Shown: piece by piece, positions 37,158 to 47,823 of the stretch
Numbering within the stretch: the stretch's first letter is position 1
How the letters are laid out: every line of letters starts with the position of its first letter
Source of the DNA: Selenomonadales bacterium
GTDB taxonomy: Bacteria; Bacillota; Negativicutes; Selenomonadales; Selenomonadaceae
Reading direction: 5' to 3'
Length of the DNA stretch: 64,000 bases
NCBI GenBank assembly: GCA_900769615.1
Contig: CAAGHH010000001.1
Location: forward strand, 6,061-70,060
Position numbers and translations under genes: made by a program
Notes under the pieces: generated by a model
What the model saw: only the letters and a program-made list of their open reading frames with translations
Told to the model about the DNA's origin: nothing
Database searches by the model: none

Positions 37158-39566
37158 ATGGGACAGCATCCAGAAGCTTTTTTAGCAGGTATCTTAACTT
37201 GTTTTGGGTTTGGTATTGTTATAGCAAAATACAGCAGTCTAAATGACACTTTCTTATGGACATTATTGCTTATAGTCGTTGTTATATCGTTATACGGGGG
37301 ATATAAGCGTCAGGCGTGGACATTTATTGCGGTATTAGCTGCTTTTTTTGTTTTAGGTATGCTTAGATGGTTTGGCGCTAATATTCTGCCAGCCAATGAT
37401 ATTTCCGGTTTTGCTAAAGAAAATGTTATATTGCAAGGAATTTTGCGGGAAGAACCACAAATAAGTGGTGATGAAACGGATGGCTACCGGGTGCGTTATT
37501 TAGTAAAAGCTGTGCAGGTGAAAAAGCAAGCTAAAGGCGAGGTGACAAAAGTCAGTGGTAATGCGTATATAAACACTTATGTTAAAACTGAGGCAGATAT
37601 TCCTAAGGTTTACATTGGTGATAAAATTACGGCTAGTGGCAAGATAAGACTGCCGAAAAGCTATCATAATCCTGGTCAGCTTGATATTAAAAACCTGCTT
37701 TATACGCAGGGGATAACAGCGATGCTTACAGCTGGCAAGGGAGGGATAAAGGTTGAAGCCGTGGATACGGCGGCTTTTTTGCGCTGGATAGTAAAAGTTC
37801 GTGAGCATTATCGGCAAAGCATGGAATCTGTGATGCCTAGAGAGGATGCTTCGGCTATTTTTGCGATGCTTTTTGGCGGTTATGGTGGAATAAAGTCGGA
37901 ATTATTAGAAGCTTTTACGGTGACTGGAATAGTACATATATTGTCAGTATCTGGCTCGCATATAAGTTTAATTGCCGCGGTTATGGCGGCTTTGGCGGGA
38001 GCCTTCAGGCTGCCACGGCTGGCAGCTGCGATTTTGGTAATAACGACCATCGTTATTTATAGTATATTAGCTGGTTGTGTGCCGCCAGTAATAAGATCGG
38101 CCATTATGGGCGGGCTGACCTTTTTGGCACTAGCTATGGATAGGGAGCGCGATGCCAGGTATATTTTGCTTTTAACAGGTCTGGTGATGCTCATTATTTC
38201 ACCACTCCTGTTATTTAATATCAGCTTTGAGCTTTCGTTTTTGGCAACGGCTGGGCTTTTGTATTTAGCACCAGTGTTAAGAAGATTTTTTAGCCAGCAT
38301 GGCTGTAATGACTTTATAGCGGCTGGTTTGGCGATAACAATAGCGGCGCAATTGGCAACGCTGCCGATTTTAGCTTGGTATTTTAATCAATTATCGCTGG
38401 TGGCGTTACTAGCTAATCTGGTGGTAGTACCGATTGTAGAAATAATTATAATTATTGGGCTTTTGGCGGGAGTGCTGGCTTTAATTATGCCATTTTTAGG
38501 AAAAATAGTTTTTGGTGTCGACAGCTTGTTATTAGGTTTGGTTTATGAACTAACCAGACGCTTAGCGAGTATACCGTTTAGTCAGATTTGGCTGCCAGCA
38601 TTAAATGTTTTTTATGCATCGCTCTACTATCTGTTGTTAGGAAGTTTGCTGTTAACTAAAAATTGGCGCGATAAGCTTGTTTATTGGCTTAAAGCTAAAC
38701 GAAATATATTGCTTATTGGTTTTGCCGTATTTTTTATATTTAATTTAGCAAATTATTTAGTTCGTCCGCTGGAAATGGCAGTGCATTTTGTAGATGTTGG
38801 TCAAGGGGACTGCGTTTTGGTAATAACTCCACATGGCAAAGCGATGCTGTTTGATACGGGCGGAAGCAGGGATAGTAATTTTGATGTTGGTCAAAGAGTA
38901 TGTGTGCCATATCTGCGTCATTATGGTATTCTTGAATTGCCAGCGGTATTTTTAACCCATGCGCATGAGGATCATGCTGCTGGCTGCAAAGCTGTTTTGC
39001 ACCAATTAAATGTCGGGCATGTCTATACCGCAGCAGAAGGGCTGGAGGCTTATGCTAGCAGTATGAAGCTTGGCTTAGGTGATGAAGTTATAAATAAAAT
39101 CACAGCGGTTAAGGAAGGCAAGGTTTTTTATTTGGATGGCGTGAAAGTAGAAGTTATATTTGCGCCCCAATTAACTGCTGCCAATAATGTAACTGGTAAT
39201 GAAATTTCTAATGTTTATCGCATAAGTTATGGCAAGGCCAGCTTTTTAATAACTGGCGATATGACTAAGGAAAAGGAAAAAGAAATGCTTGAGGCAGGGA
39301 TAAATCCAGCTAGTACGGTATTAAAAGCCGGGCATCATGGCAGCGATACCTCAAGTTCAGCCGAGTTTTTAGAAGCAGTAAAGCCAGCTTATGCGGTATT
39401 TTGTGTAGGTGCTGATAACAGCTTTGGTCATCCTAAACCCAAAGTGCTAGCCAGATATGCGGCTAGCAGTATAAAAATTTTTCGTACTGATGAAGATGGT
39501 GCAGTGGTGTTTCATACTGATGGTGATAAAATGCGGGTAGAAACGTATAACGGGAGGATGGGATAA
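37158..39566 (+). CDS. comEC: DNA internalization competence protein ComEC/Rec2
   Basis: Polytopic membrane core plus a C-terminal MBL domain (HAHEDHAAG). It sits after comEA. The start is probably ATG 37158. Confidence 0.85.
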   Translation: MGQHPEAFLAGILTCFGFGIVIAKYSSLNDTFLWTLLLIVVVISLYGGYKRQAWTFIAVLAAFFVLGMLRWFGANILPANDISGFAKENVILQGILREEPQISGDETDGYRVRYLVKAVQVKKQAKGEVTKVSGNAYINTYVKTEADIPKVYIGDKITASGKIRLPKSYHNPGQLDIKNLLYTQGITAMLTAGKGGIKVEAVDTAAFLRWIVKVREHYRQSMESVMPREDASAIFAMLFGGYGGIKSELLEAFTVTGIVHILSVSGSHISLIAAVMAALAGAFRLPRLAAAILVITTIVIYSILAGCVPPVIRSAIMGGLTFLALAMDRERDARYILLLTGLVMLIISPLLLFNISFELSFLATAGLLYLAPVLRRFFSQHGCNDFIAAGLAITIAAQLATLPILAWYFNQLSLVALLANLVVVPIVEIIIIIGLLAGVLALIMPFLGKIVFGVDSLLLGLVYELTRRLASIPFSQIWLPALNVFYASLYYLLLGSLLLTKNWRDKLVYWLKAKRNILLIGFAVFFIFNLANYLVRPLEMAVHFVDVGQGDCVLVITPHGKAMLFDTGGSRDSNFDVGQRVCVPYLRHYGILELPAVFLTHAHEDHAAGCKAVLHQLNVGHVYTAAEGLEAYASSMKLGLGDEVINKITAVKEGKVFYLDGVKVEVIFAPQLTAANNVTGNEISNVYRISYGKASFLITGDMTKEKEKEMLEAGINPASTVLKAGHHGSDTSSSAEFLEAVKPAYAVFCVGADNSFGHPKPKVLARYAASSIKIFRTDEDGAVVFHTDGDKMRVETYNGRMG

Positions 39567-42151
39567 TGGAAGAAGTATTGACGCAGAAACCAAATGACAG
39601 ACAAAAAGAAGCTATTGGAACGCTGGATAAAAATATTTTATTACTAGCACCAGCTGGTACTGGCAAGACCAATACTTTAGCGGGGCGGGTAGCCAATATA
39701 TTATTACAGAAACAGGCATTACCGGAGGAAATACTTTGTCTGACATTTACCAATAAGGCTTGTCGGGAGATGCAGGCTAGAATAATAGAAAAAATTGGTC
39801 TGGCAGGCAAAAAAGTGGTAGTTAAGACATTTCATGGCTTTTGTTATGATGTAATAAAAAACGAAACAAAAAGAAAATTGGATGTATTTGCCGATTTTAC
39901 CATTTTTGATGAAACTGACTGCCAAGGCTTGATCGAAGAAGTAACTGATAAATTTCAGTCTAAAGCTTTGCAGAATTTAATAGTGCAGCTAAAAGAAAAA
40001 CGCGCCGAATATGCGCTGTTTTCGGATGACAGCGAAGCTGATTATACTAAAGCTTTAGAAAAATTAATTGCTGAAGATAGTGAGAGTCTGTGCAAAGAAT
40101 GTAATAGCTATTTTAAATTTGACAAGCAATTATTTAATTATTGGCAACAGCATGGCGCTAAAATAACTGCCAATTATGATAAACGCCTTCATGAGCTGCA
40201 TGGGCTGGATTTTACGGATCTTATAACCAATGTCTATCAGCTGTTTCAGCAACCGGCTGTGGCTAAGCGGTGGACTGAACGGTTTGCTTTTATAAATATT
40301 GATGAGGTGCAGGATACCAGCCGCTTGGAATATGACATTATATCGCAGATATTTGGCAATTCATATTTGTTATTATGCGGTGATTATTTTCAGACTATAT
40401 ATGAATGGCGCGGTTCGGATCCAGTATATATATTAAAAAAGTATGAGCGTGAATATAGTCCTTTGCGGATAGTGCTTTATGAAAATTACCGTTCGACGCA
40501 GGTCTTGCTTAATGCCTCCTTTGCTTGTTTGAAACATTTGTTTCCAGATTTGGTAGCAACATTGTATCCTGATGGTATGCAGGCAGCAAGTAAAGAAATT
40601 GGACAGCCGATAACCCTGAAAGGTGCCATGTATGTTAGCGAGGAGGCGCAGTGGATTTATAATACGATTCAGAAATTGCCGGAAAAAAATTATTCGCGAA
40701 TCTGCATACTAACCCGTAACAATAGATATAATAGGGTTTTATCGGATAATTTTGCTTCGCTCAGCTATTTATTGCCAGCGGCGCAAAGAATCCCTTTTAT
40801 GATAATTGAAGAAGCTAAGTTTTATCGTCGTCAGGAGATAAAGGATGCGCTAGCCTTTTTAAAGCTCATAGTCAATAAACATGATGAAGCCAGTCTTATC
40901 AGGATTTTAAACCGCTTTGGCAAAGGCATAGGACCAATGAAGATAAAACAAATTACTGCCAATGAGTACCGTGATGCGGGGATAAGGCTAACGGATTTTA
41001 TTGATGGTAATGCTATCAGTCATGGTGACCCGTTTACGCTTTTGACTTGCGAATTAGCTAAGGACAATGTGGTAGTATTTGATGTTGAAGCTACTGGTGT
41101 CGACACAACTAGTGATGAAATTATTCAAATAGCTGGTGTCAGGCTTAATAAAGATGGTCAAGTAAAGGCTGAATTTAATCGGCTGCTAAAGCCAACGAAA
41201 AGTGTAGGCGATTCAGAGGCAGTTCATGGTTTTAGTGATGAATATTTGCAGGAAAATGGTGAAGATCCAGCTAAGGTACTCAGTGACTTTTGTGCTTTTG
41301 CTAAGGGGGCGGTGATAGTCGGGCACAATGTGAGTTATGATTTAAGCATTTTAGCTAGTCAGCTGGGCAGGTTAAAGCTGCCAGAACTTTTTTATTTAGA
41401 ATATTATGATACGCTTGATATTTTTCGGCGGTTTTATCCTAATTTGCCTAATCATAAACTGGAATACTTGGGAAAATTTTGTCAGGTTAAGCATGAATCA
41501 TCACATGATGCCTTTGATGATATTTTAGCTACAGCTGAGATTTTATTATATGCGCTAAAGCAAAAGATTGAACCGCAGGCAGCTAAGCGACGGATGCTTA
41601 TGCAGAAATGGTGGGATGTTTTTGCACCGTTAGCAGCTAAAATAAAGGAATTTCGTCAAGTTGCTTATAAAATAAGGTTAGCTGATCTGTTAGTTGAGAT
41701 TGTATTAAAGGGAGGACTGCAAGCATATTACCAAAAAGAAACTAAGCGCATGGAAAATTTGCGCAATTTATTCCGAAATACGAAAGCAATGGATGATATA
41801 AATATGTCGCCTAAGGATATGATTACGCATTTTTTACGTTATACGACGCTGTCTAATACTGAACTTGATCTTTTACTGCAAAAACAGCAAATTCCAATCA
41901 TAACAGTTCATCAAGCTAAAGGCTCAGAATTTGATTATGTTTTTTTAGCTGGTTTGCAAGAAAATGATTTTCCTATATTCAATGCGGAGGAAAATGGCTG
42001 CTTGGCAGAAGAAGCCCGGCTGTTTTATGTCGCTATTACTAGAGCTAAAAAAAAGCTGTTTTTATCTTGGTGTCAAAATAATAATGGTCGTTATCGGCGT
42101 ATGAGCCGTTTTTTAAAGAGTATTCCGCGAGAGTACATAGATAATGTTTAA
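39566..42151 (+). CDS. UvrD/PcrA-family helicase with a DnaQ-like DEDDh 3'-5' exonuclease inserted between helicase motifs IV and V
   Basis: Helicase motifs run in order: APAGTGKT, TFTNKACREM, DEVQD, GDYFQTIYEWRGS and NYRST. The Exo I, II and III blocks (FDVEATG, HNVSYDLSIL, HDAFDD) follow, and then motifs V and VI (ITVHQAKGSEFD, YVAITRAKKKL). Confidence 0.75.
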   Translation: MEEVLTQKPNDRQKEAIGTLDKNILLLAPAGTGKTNTLAGRVANILLQKQALPEEILCLTFTNKACREMQARIIEKIGLAGKKVVVKTFHGFCYDVIKNETKRKLDVFADFTIFDETDCQGLIEEVTDKFQSKALQNLIVQLKEKRAEYALFSDDSEADYTKALEKLIAEDSESLCKECNSYFKFDKQLFNYWQQHGAKITANYDKRLHELHGLDFTDLITNVYQLFQQPAVAKRWTERFAFINIDEVQDTSRLEYDIISQIFGNSYLLLCGDYFQTIYEWRGSDPVYILKKYEREYSPLRIVLYENYRSTQVLLNASFACLKHLFPDLVATLYPDGMQAASKEIGQPITLKGAMYVSEEAQWIYNTIQKLPEKNYSRICILTRNNRYNRVLSDNFASLSYLLPAAQRIPFMIIEEAKFYRRQEIKDALAFLKLIVNKHDEASLIRILNRFGKGIGPMKIKQITANEYRDAGIRLTDFIDGNAISHGDPFTLLTCELAKDNVVVFDVEATGVDTTSDEIIQIAGVRLNKDGQVKAEFNRLLKPTKSVGDSEAVHGFSDEYLQENGEDPAKVLSDFCAFAKGAVIVGHNVSYDLSILASQLGRLKLPELFYLEYYDTLDIFRRFYPNLPNHKLEYLGKFCQVKHESSHDAFDDILATAEILLYALKQKIEPQAAKRRMLMQKWWDVFAPLAAKIKEFRQVAYKIRLADLLVEIVLKGGLQAYYQKETKRMENLRNLFRNTKAMDDINMSPKDMITHFLRYTTLSNTELDLLLQKQQIPIITVHQAKGSEFDYVFLAGLQENDFPIFNAEENGCLAEEARLFYVAITRAKKKLFLSWCQNNNGRYRRMSRFLKSIPREYIDNV

Positions 42152-42302
42152 ACGTGTATACAGTATTAATTGTCACAATAGTACATCTTGGGTAAACTAG
42201 TGTACATTTTAAAATACTTATAGTATAATGATACCTGACAGTTGACACAGTTAGTGTTAAATTATACCTAAACATGATACAACTAAAGAAGGGGCGATTA
42301 TT

Positions 42303-43652
42303 TTGGCAGACATGAAACAGTACGTTCAGGATTCCTTGGCGCTTATAGCTAAGCGTGATCCAGATCAAAAGCATTTTCTTAATACCGCAACTGAAGTGCT
42401 GGAATCCATTGTACCTATATTAGAGGCTCACCCTGATTTCAAGGAGCAGAAAATACTCGAACGCATGATTGAACCGGAGCGGGTTATTTCGTTTAAAGTT
42501 CCTTGGCAGGATGATAAAGGTGAAATTCATATTAACCGTGGTTTCAGGGTACAGATGAACAGTGCTATTGGACCGTACAAAGGCGGTTTGCGTTTCCATC
42601 CTAGCGTAAATTTGGATATTCTTAAATTCCTGGCTTTTGAGCAGGTATTTAAGAATGCGCTTACGGGGCTGCCTATCGGCGGTGCTAAGGGCGGTTCGGA
42701 TTTTGATCCGCATGGCAAATCTGATAACGAGGTTATGCATTTCTGCCAAAGCTTTATGACGGAGCTTTATCGCCATATCGGTCCTAATGTCGATGTTCCG
42801 GCTGGTGATATTGGTGTCGGCGGTCGTGAAATCGGTTATCTTTATGGTCAATATAAACGCATTCGTGACAGCTATGACGCTGGCGTTCTCACGGGCAAGA
42901 GAGTTGATTATTGGGGCAGCCTGGCTCGTACGGAAGCAACGGGGTATGGTCTCTTGTATTTTGTTAAAAATATGCTTGATGCCAAGAATATCAGCTTGCA
43001 GGATAAGGTACTGGTAGTATCTGGTTCAGGTAATGTAGCAACCTATGCTATTGAAAAAGCGCAGGAATTTGGGGCTAAGGTCGTGACTTGCTCTGATTCT
43101 AATGGTTATGTTTATGATCCAAACGGCATTGATTTAGCTGCGGTTAAGGAAATTAAACAGGTTCGCCGTGGTCGGATTAAGGAATATGTTGCCGATCATC
43201 CGCAGGCTGAATATCATGAAGGCTGCGCTGGTGTATGGACTGTTAAATGCGATGTAGCTTTGCCATGTGCTACGCAGGGAGAAATCGATCTTGCTAGTGC
43301 TAAGGCTTTAGTAGCTAACGGCGTAATTGCTGTCGGTGAAGGTGCTAATATGCCATCAAGCCTTGAGGCAATTGATTATTTTAAACAGCATAAGGTGCTC
43401 TTTGCTCCGGCTAAAGCTGCTAATGCTGGCGGTGTTGCTGTATCAGCGTTGGAAATGGCACAGAATTCAGAGCGGTTGCAGTGGTCATTTGAAGAAGTTG
43501 ATAACAAGCTCAAGGACATTATGAAAAACATTTATCAAAATGCTAAAGCTAATGCCGAAAAATATGCTGATCCTGATGATTTGGTAGCTGGTGCTAATAT
43601 AACGGCATTTATCAAAGTTGCTAATGTCATGATAGCGCAAGGGCTGGTTTGA
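42303..43652 (+). CDS. gdhA: NADP-specific glutamate dehydrogenase
   Basis: Carries the Glu/Leu/Phe/Val dehydrogenase signature GLPIGGAKGGSDFDP and a Rossmann motif (VVSGSGNVA). Confidence 0.85.
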   Translation: MADMKQYVQDSLALIAKRDPDQKHFLNTATEVLESIVPILEAHPDFKEQKILERMIEPERVISFKVPWQDDKGEIHINRGFRVQMNSAIGPYKGGLRFHPSVNLDILKFLAFEQVFKNALTGLPIGGAKGGSDFDPHGKSDNEVMHFCQSFMTELYRHIGPNVDVPAGDIGVGGREIGYLYGQYKRIRDSYDAGVLTGKRVDYWGSLARTEATGYGLLYFVKNMLDAKNISLQDKVLVVSGSGNVATYAIEKAQEFGAKVVTCSDSNGYVYDPNGIDLAAVKEIKQVRRGRIKEYVADHPQAEYHEGCAGVWTVKCDVALPCATQGEIDLASAKALVANGVIAVGEGANMPSSLEAIDYFKQHKVLFAPAKAANAGGVAVSALEMAQNSERLQWSFEEVDNKLKDIMKNIYQNAKANAEKYADPDDLVAGANITAFIKVANVMIAQGLV

Positions 43653-43665
43653 TTAGCAGTAAAGT

Positions 43666-43697
43666 AGAAATTAAAACGTCGATGCAGTAGTGTCGGC
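43666..43697 (+). terminator. Probable rho-independent terminator after gdhA
   Basis: An imperfect stem with G-U pairs (aacgucgau/gucggcguu) followed by a U6 run. Confidence 0.45.
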
Positions 43698-43795
43698 GTT
43701 TTTTATTATTTATCGTTTGGTTATGCATGTTATAATAATTAGTGTTCTTATGATTGGTTTAAAATATTGCTTAAATTAGTTAATGGAGTATAAAA

Positions 43796-44839
43796 ATGAA
43801 ATTTGGTCCTTTTATGGCAGATTTAGCCAAAGGAAAATTGAAACATATTTATTTACTAGCTGGTGAGGAGCATTATTATATCGAACGGGCGCAGAAAAAA
43901 TTATTCTCCTGTTTATTTGCTAACCAGCAGGAAATGAATGATGCTTTACAAAAAATAAATGGTGATATAAATATTGATGATTTTATAGGATTAATTGAAA
44001 CGACACCATTTTTTAGTTCGAAAAATGTTTTATTATTGCGCAATGCCCAGTTTTTAAAGGAAGAAAAAAATAAATCAGCTAATAGCAAGGATGAAAAACA
44101 AGCTCGTTTAATTGCACTTTTTGAGAATATGCCTGAATTTAGTTATGTAATAATTATAAATTCAGGTAAAATCGATAAACGCAGAAAAATTTATAAAGTT
44201 ATTGAGCAGCAGGGAGCTGTGCTTGAAGCTGAGGCTGTCAGGGCTTGGAATATTAATGAGTGGCTGCAAGGAAAGCTGCAGGCGCTGAATCGTGATATGG
44301 ATAGAGAAGCCTATGCTTATTTTAATGGCGCTGTCAGTATGATGCAGCAGATTTCTCTTTCCTATTTGGATAAGGAATTTGATAAGCTGGCGCTTTATAC
44401 TGATGAAAGGCTGATTAGGCGTCAGGATTTGCAAAAAGTTTTTGCTGGGTTGCCCGAGGTATCAGTTTTTTCGCTGCTTGATGCTATAAGTGAGCAAAAA
44501 AGCCGTAAAGCCTTGATGTTATTGCGGCGGCAATTGGCAGATGGGGTTTACTTTACGGTTATTTTAGCTTTGCTTACCCGTCATGTGCGGCAATTATGGC
44601 AGGCTAAAGTTTTGCAAGCTAAGGGAATAAGGGGGAAAGCTTTAGCTAAACCGCTTGAGCTTAATCCATTTATTGCTGAGCGTTTGGGAAGATTTGCTAA
44701 TAATTTTACCGAAGCAACTTTAAAACAGGTCATGTTAGAATTGATTGATGCTGATTATTGGCTAAAAACAGGTCAGGCGGGGGACGAAGTGCTCGAACAT
44801 GCCGTGATAACTTTATGTCATAAAAATTATGCTGAGTAA
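43796..44839 (+). CDS. holA: DNA polymerase III delta subunit
   Basis: Has the HIYLLAGEE N-terminal motif and is 347 aa long. Confidence 0.7.
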   Translation: MKFGPFMADLAKGKLKHIYLLAGEEHYYIERAQKKLFSCLFANQQEMNDALQKINGDINIDDFIGLIETTPFFSSKNVLLLRNAQFLKEEKNKSANSKDEKQARLIALFENMPEFSYVIIINSGKIDKRRKIYKVIEQQGAVLEAEAVRAWNINEWLQGKLQALNRDMDREAYAYFNGAVSMMQQISLSYLDKEFDKLALYTDERLIRRQDLQKVFAGLPEVSVFSLLDAISEQKSRKALMLLRRQLADGVYFTVILALLTRHVRQLWQAKVLQAKGIRGKALAKPLELNPFIAERLGRFANNFTEATLKQVMLELIDADYWLKTGQAGDEVLEHAVITLCHKNYAE

Positions 44840-44842
44840 TGA

Positions 44843-46945
44843 ATGGGGATAACAGGTAGCATGAGAGAAAATAACAAGGAAAGTTTAACGCAAAAAGTTG
44901 TTTTAGCTGGCAAGTATGGCTTTTGGTATAAAGATTTAAAGAATTTATTTGAAAAAGAGAATTGGGATTTTTTTTTGCTGGATAAAAGCTATCCGGAACC
45001 GCGGGAATTGTTTCGGATTCAAAATATAAATGTATTGCTTTATGCTGTGGATTTCCGGCAAGATTTAATTAATGGAACTGATTCTAATAAAAAGCTGCTG
45101 GATTTTTTGCGACTGGCTCAGGAAAATCATGTTGAGCGAGTATATTTATTATCGACGGTAGAAGCTATTCCCGTTGGTGATAAAATTATCAATCAAATGG
45201 CACATATAGCGGAAAATATTTTGCAGGATTGGTCAAGTTCAGCTGGTATCGCAGTCACGGTTATAAGATTGCCGGAAATTTATGGACTAGGAGCTGATAG
45301 CTGTGATGGCTGGGTTGCTAGATGGATGAATGCGCTTTATGATGGTGCGATGACTTACGATATTCCTGCCGGTGAAGGCAAACGTTGTTTTTTGTATGTT
45401 GATGATGCAGTTTATGGTATATATAAAGCTGTAGCTAAAGGTGCGACCAGTAAAGAAATAAATTTAGTAGCAGATAATGGTGTTAATGGCAATGCCTTTA
45501 AATTATATTTCCGCGAGGCGTTGCAGGAATTGCCACAGCTATTGCAAGATAGTACAAAAGCTCCTGGGTATGATTATCCCGTGCTGGATGCAGCAGCCGC
45601 TAAAAAAGAACTTGATTGGCAGGAAAAATATCCCCTTGAAATTGGGCTGAAATTATATTGGAGCAAGCTGAAGCTGAAAAAAAGTGAAGTTACAGCTGAT
45701 AGCGATGATGATAATAAGTGGCAGCGGCTAAAGGAGACGATAGTTCCTTATTTGGAAAATAGTGCGGGCTTTCTGTTAATGACCGCCATAATGTATTTTC
45801 AAGGCAATTCGCCGGTAAATTCGTTATTTTACTTTGATATGAATTTTATTTATATTGGCGCTATGGGATTATTGTATGGCAAAACCCAGTCGATTTTGGC
45901 GATGGTGTTATCATCATTGCTGCTTATTTACAGTCTGCTTATAAATGGCAGTGAACTAATTGCTATTTTTTATGTGCCAGTCAATTTACTGCATTTGACG
46001 GCCTATCTTTTTACCGCCATCATTACAGGTTATTTTGCTGACAGTCGTGCCCATGAACGTGAGGCTGCTAATTGGCATTTAGAGCAGGCCCAAAATCGCT
46101 ATAATTTTTTGCGAAAATTATACGATACCAATATTGAAATAAAGGAACGGCTTTATAAGCAGATAGTAAATTCTGATGACAGTATCGGGCGTATTTACCG
46201 GATAGTCCGCCAGTTAGATAGCGTTGAAATAGAAAATGTGTTTACGCAGGCTGCGAAGGTTACGGCTCAGATATTGGATGCAGCTAATATTGCCGTCTAC
46301 GTTACCAGTAAGGATGGCTGGTATTTAAGACAGAAGGTAAGAATTGGCAAGCTGACTTTAAATCAACCGCGTTCATTGCGAGTAGCTGATAATACGTGGC
46401 TTAAAATTTTGTTAACTGATAAGATGATTTTCGTCAATCGTGATTTTATCAGTAACGTGCCGGATATGGCGGTGCCGATTGTTTATGAGGACAAGGTAAT
46501 TGCTGTAATTGCGGTCATGGGATTAAAATTTGAACAATGGAGTGTTTATCAGCAAAATTTGTTGTCAGTAACGGCTAGGCTGATAGCATCCTCAATGGGA
46601 CGAGCTTACCAGTATGAAGCAGAAATTCAAGCGCGTCGTTACCTTGATGAAACCAGAATTTTAAATGAAAATGAATTTCGTAAGGTAATAGCTGAGATAA
46701 GAAAGCGGCACAATCTGGATAGTAATTATTCGTCAGCGTTATTGAGACTGGTACCAGGCAAGCTGTCATTAGCGGAGATTGATGCTGGTTTGGCAAGTGT
46801 TATTCGCAATGAAGACTTTATTGGTATAATTAATGGTGATGTTTATATTATCTTGACTGATAGCGATGAAAATATAACTTATATGGTACAACAGCGGCTA
46901 AAACAGGCAGGCTTTGCAACTGAGGTCAGTGAGGAGCACTTATGA
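44843..46945 (+). CDS. PelD-like protein of the Gram-positive type: degenerate SDR domain, four TM segments, GAF domain and degenerate GGDEF domain
   Basis: 700 aa. The N-terminal Rossmann-like region has no GxxGxxG. It has a central TM block, a C-terminal cytoplasmic region with an RxxD-like RRYLD, and a pel-cluster context (E-A-F-G follow). Confidence 0.55.
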   Translation: MGITGSMRENNKESLTQKVVLAGKYGFWYKDLKNLFEKENWDFFLLDKSYPEPRELFRIQNINVLLYAVDFRQDLINGTDSNKKLLDFLRLAQENHVERVYLLSTVEAIPVGDKIINQMAHIAENILQDWSSSAGIAVTVIRLPEIYGLGADSCDGWVARWMNALYDGAMTYDIPAGEGKRCFLYVDDAVYGIYKAVAKGATSKEINLVADNGVNGNAFKLYFREALQELPQLLQDSTKAPGYDYPVLDAAAAKKELDWQEKYPLEIGLKLYWSKLKLKKSEVTADSDDDNKWQRLKETIVPYLENSAGFLLMTAIMYFQGNSPVNSLFYFDMNFIYIGAMGLLYGKTQSILAMVLSSLLLIYSLLINGSELIAIFYVPVNLLHLTAYLFTAIITGYFADSRAHEREAANWHLEQAQNRYNFLRKLYDTNIEIKERLYKQIVNSDDSIGRIYRIVRQLDSVEIENVFTQAAKVTAQILDAANIAVYVTSKDGWYLRQKVRIGKLTLNQPRSLRVADNTWLKILLTDKMIFVNRDFISNVPDMAVPIVYEDKVIAVIAVMGLKFEQWSVYQQNLLSVTARLIASSMGRAYQYEAEIQARRYLDETRILNENEFRKVIAEIRKRHNLDSNYSSALLRLVPGKLSLAEIDAGLASVIRNEDFIGIINGDVYIILTDSDENITYMVQQRLKQAGFATEVSEEHL

Positions 46946-47823
46946 GCATTTTGTTAATTTTAATACTGCACATTATGCTTACGTTGCTGTATTGGGGATT
47001 TAATAGCCGTTATAGCAGTGTTATTGAAAATTTAACGGAAACGATACTGGTGCTGTTAATTCCATTTTTTGGCATAATTATAATGGTATTATTTAAAATA
47101 ATCAGCAAAGCCTTTGGGCTAGCTAAAGGTGAAAATCATGAAGCTGAAAGGAAAAATATTGACATTATCAGTAAAGTTGAGCTTAATGATGATATAATTC
47201 CTTTAAATGATGCTTTTTTGCTTGATGATACTCAGCGTAAAAGACAGTATTTTACGGAATCCATTAAACAAGCTGTAATTGATAATCAAAGAATTTTGCA
47301 AATGGCAGTTAAAGAGCCGGATAGGGAAATTGCTTATTATGCAGTTTCTATGCTGACAACGCGCATGGAAAAATTGGAAAGTGAACTTTTGGCCGAGGAA
47401 AAAGCCTTAGCCAAGTCAGAGAAAAAAGATGACATTGAGCTTTTGACTGACTATGCCCGTTTGTTAAAGGAGTATCTAGCGCAAAAGCAATTTGTTGATC
47501 ATGTTACTTGGCGTAACAAACAGGTTGTTTATATTAAAGTATTAACCAAACTTTGCCAGCTGTTGCCTGATGAAGAAAAATATTATGCTGATTTAATTGA
47601 TCAGCTTTTGGATGTGGCTGAGTATAAAGAAGCTGAAGCAGTCTGTGAAGCTTATCAGCAAAAATTTCCCGCTAAGGAAGCAGCTTTTCTGTTTTTTATC
47701 AAACTTTATCAGGCTTGGCGCAAGCCACAAAAGCTGCAAGCTAAAATACGAGCTTTAAAGGAAAGTTCACTGCAGCTTTCCTGGCAGGGATTGCAAACAA
47801 TCCGCTTTTGGGACCGAGGATAA
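46942..47823 (+). CDS. PelE-like membrane/TPR-like protein
   Basis: Two N-terminal TM segments and then a helical repeat region. The position between the pelD-like and pelA-like genes supports the call. Confidence 0.45.
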   Translation: MSILLILILHIMLTLLYWGFNSRYSSVIENLTETILVLLIPFFGIIIMVLFKIISKAFGLAKGENHEAERKNIDIISKVELNDDIIPLNDAFLLDDTQRKRQYFTESIKQAVIDNQRILQMAVKEPDREIAYYAVSMLTTRMEKLESELLAEEKALAKSEKKDDIELLTDYARLLKEYLAQKQFVDHVTWRNKQVVYIKVLTKLCQLLPDEEKYYADLIDQLLDVAEYKEAEAVCEAYQQKFPAKEAAFLFFIKLYQAWRKPQKLQAKIRALKESSLQLSWQGLQTIRFWDRG

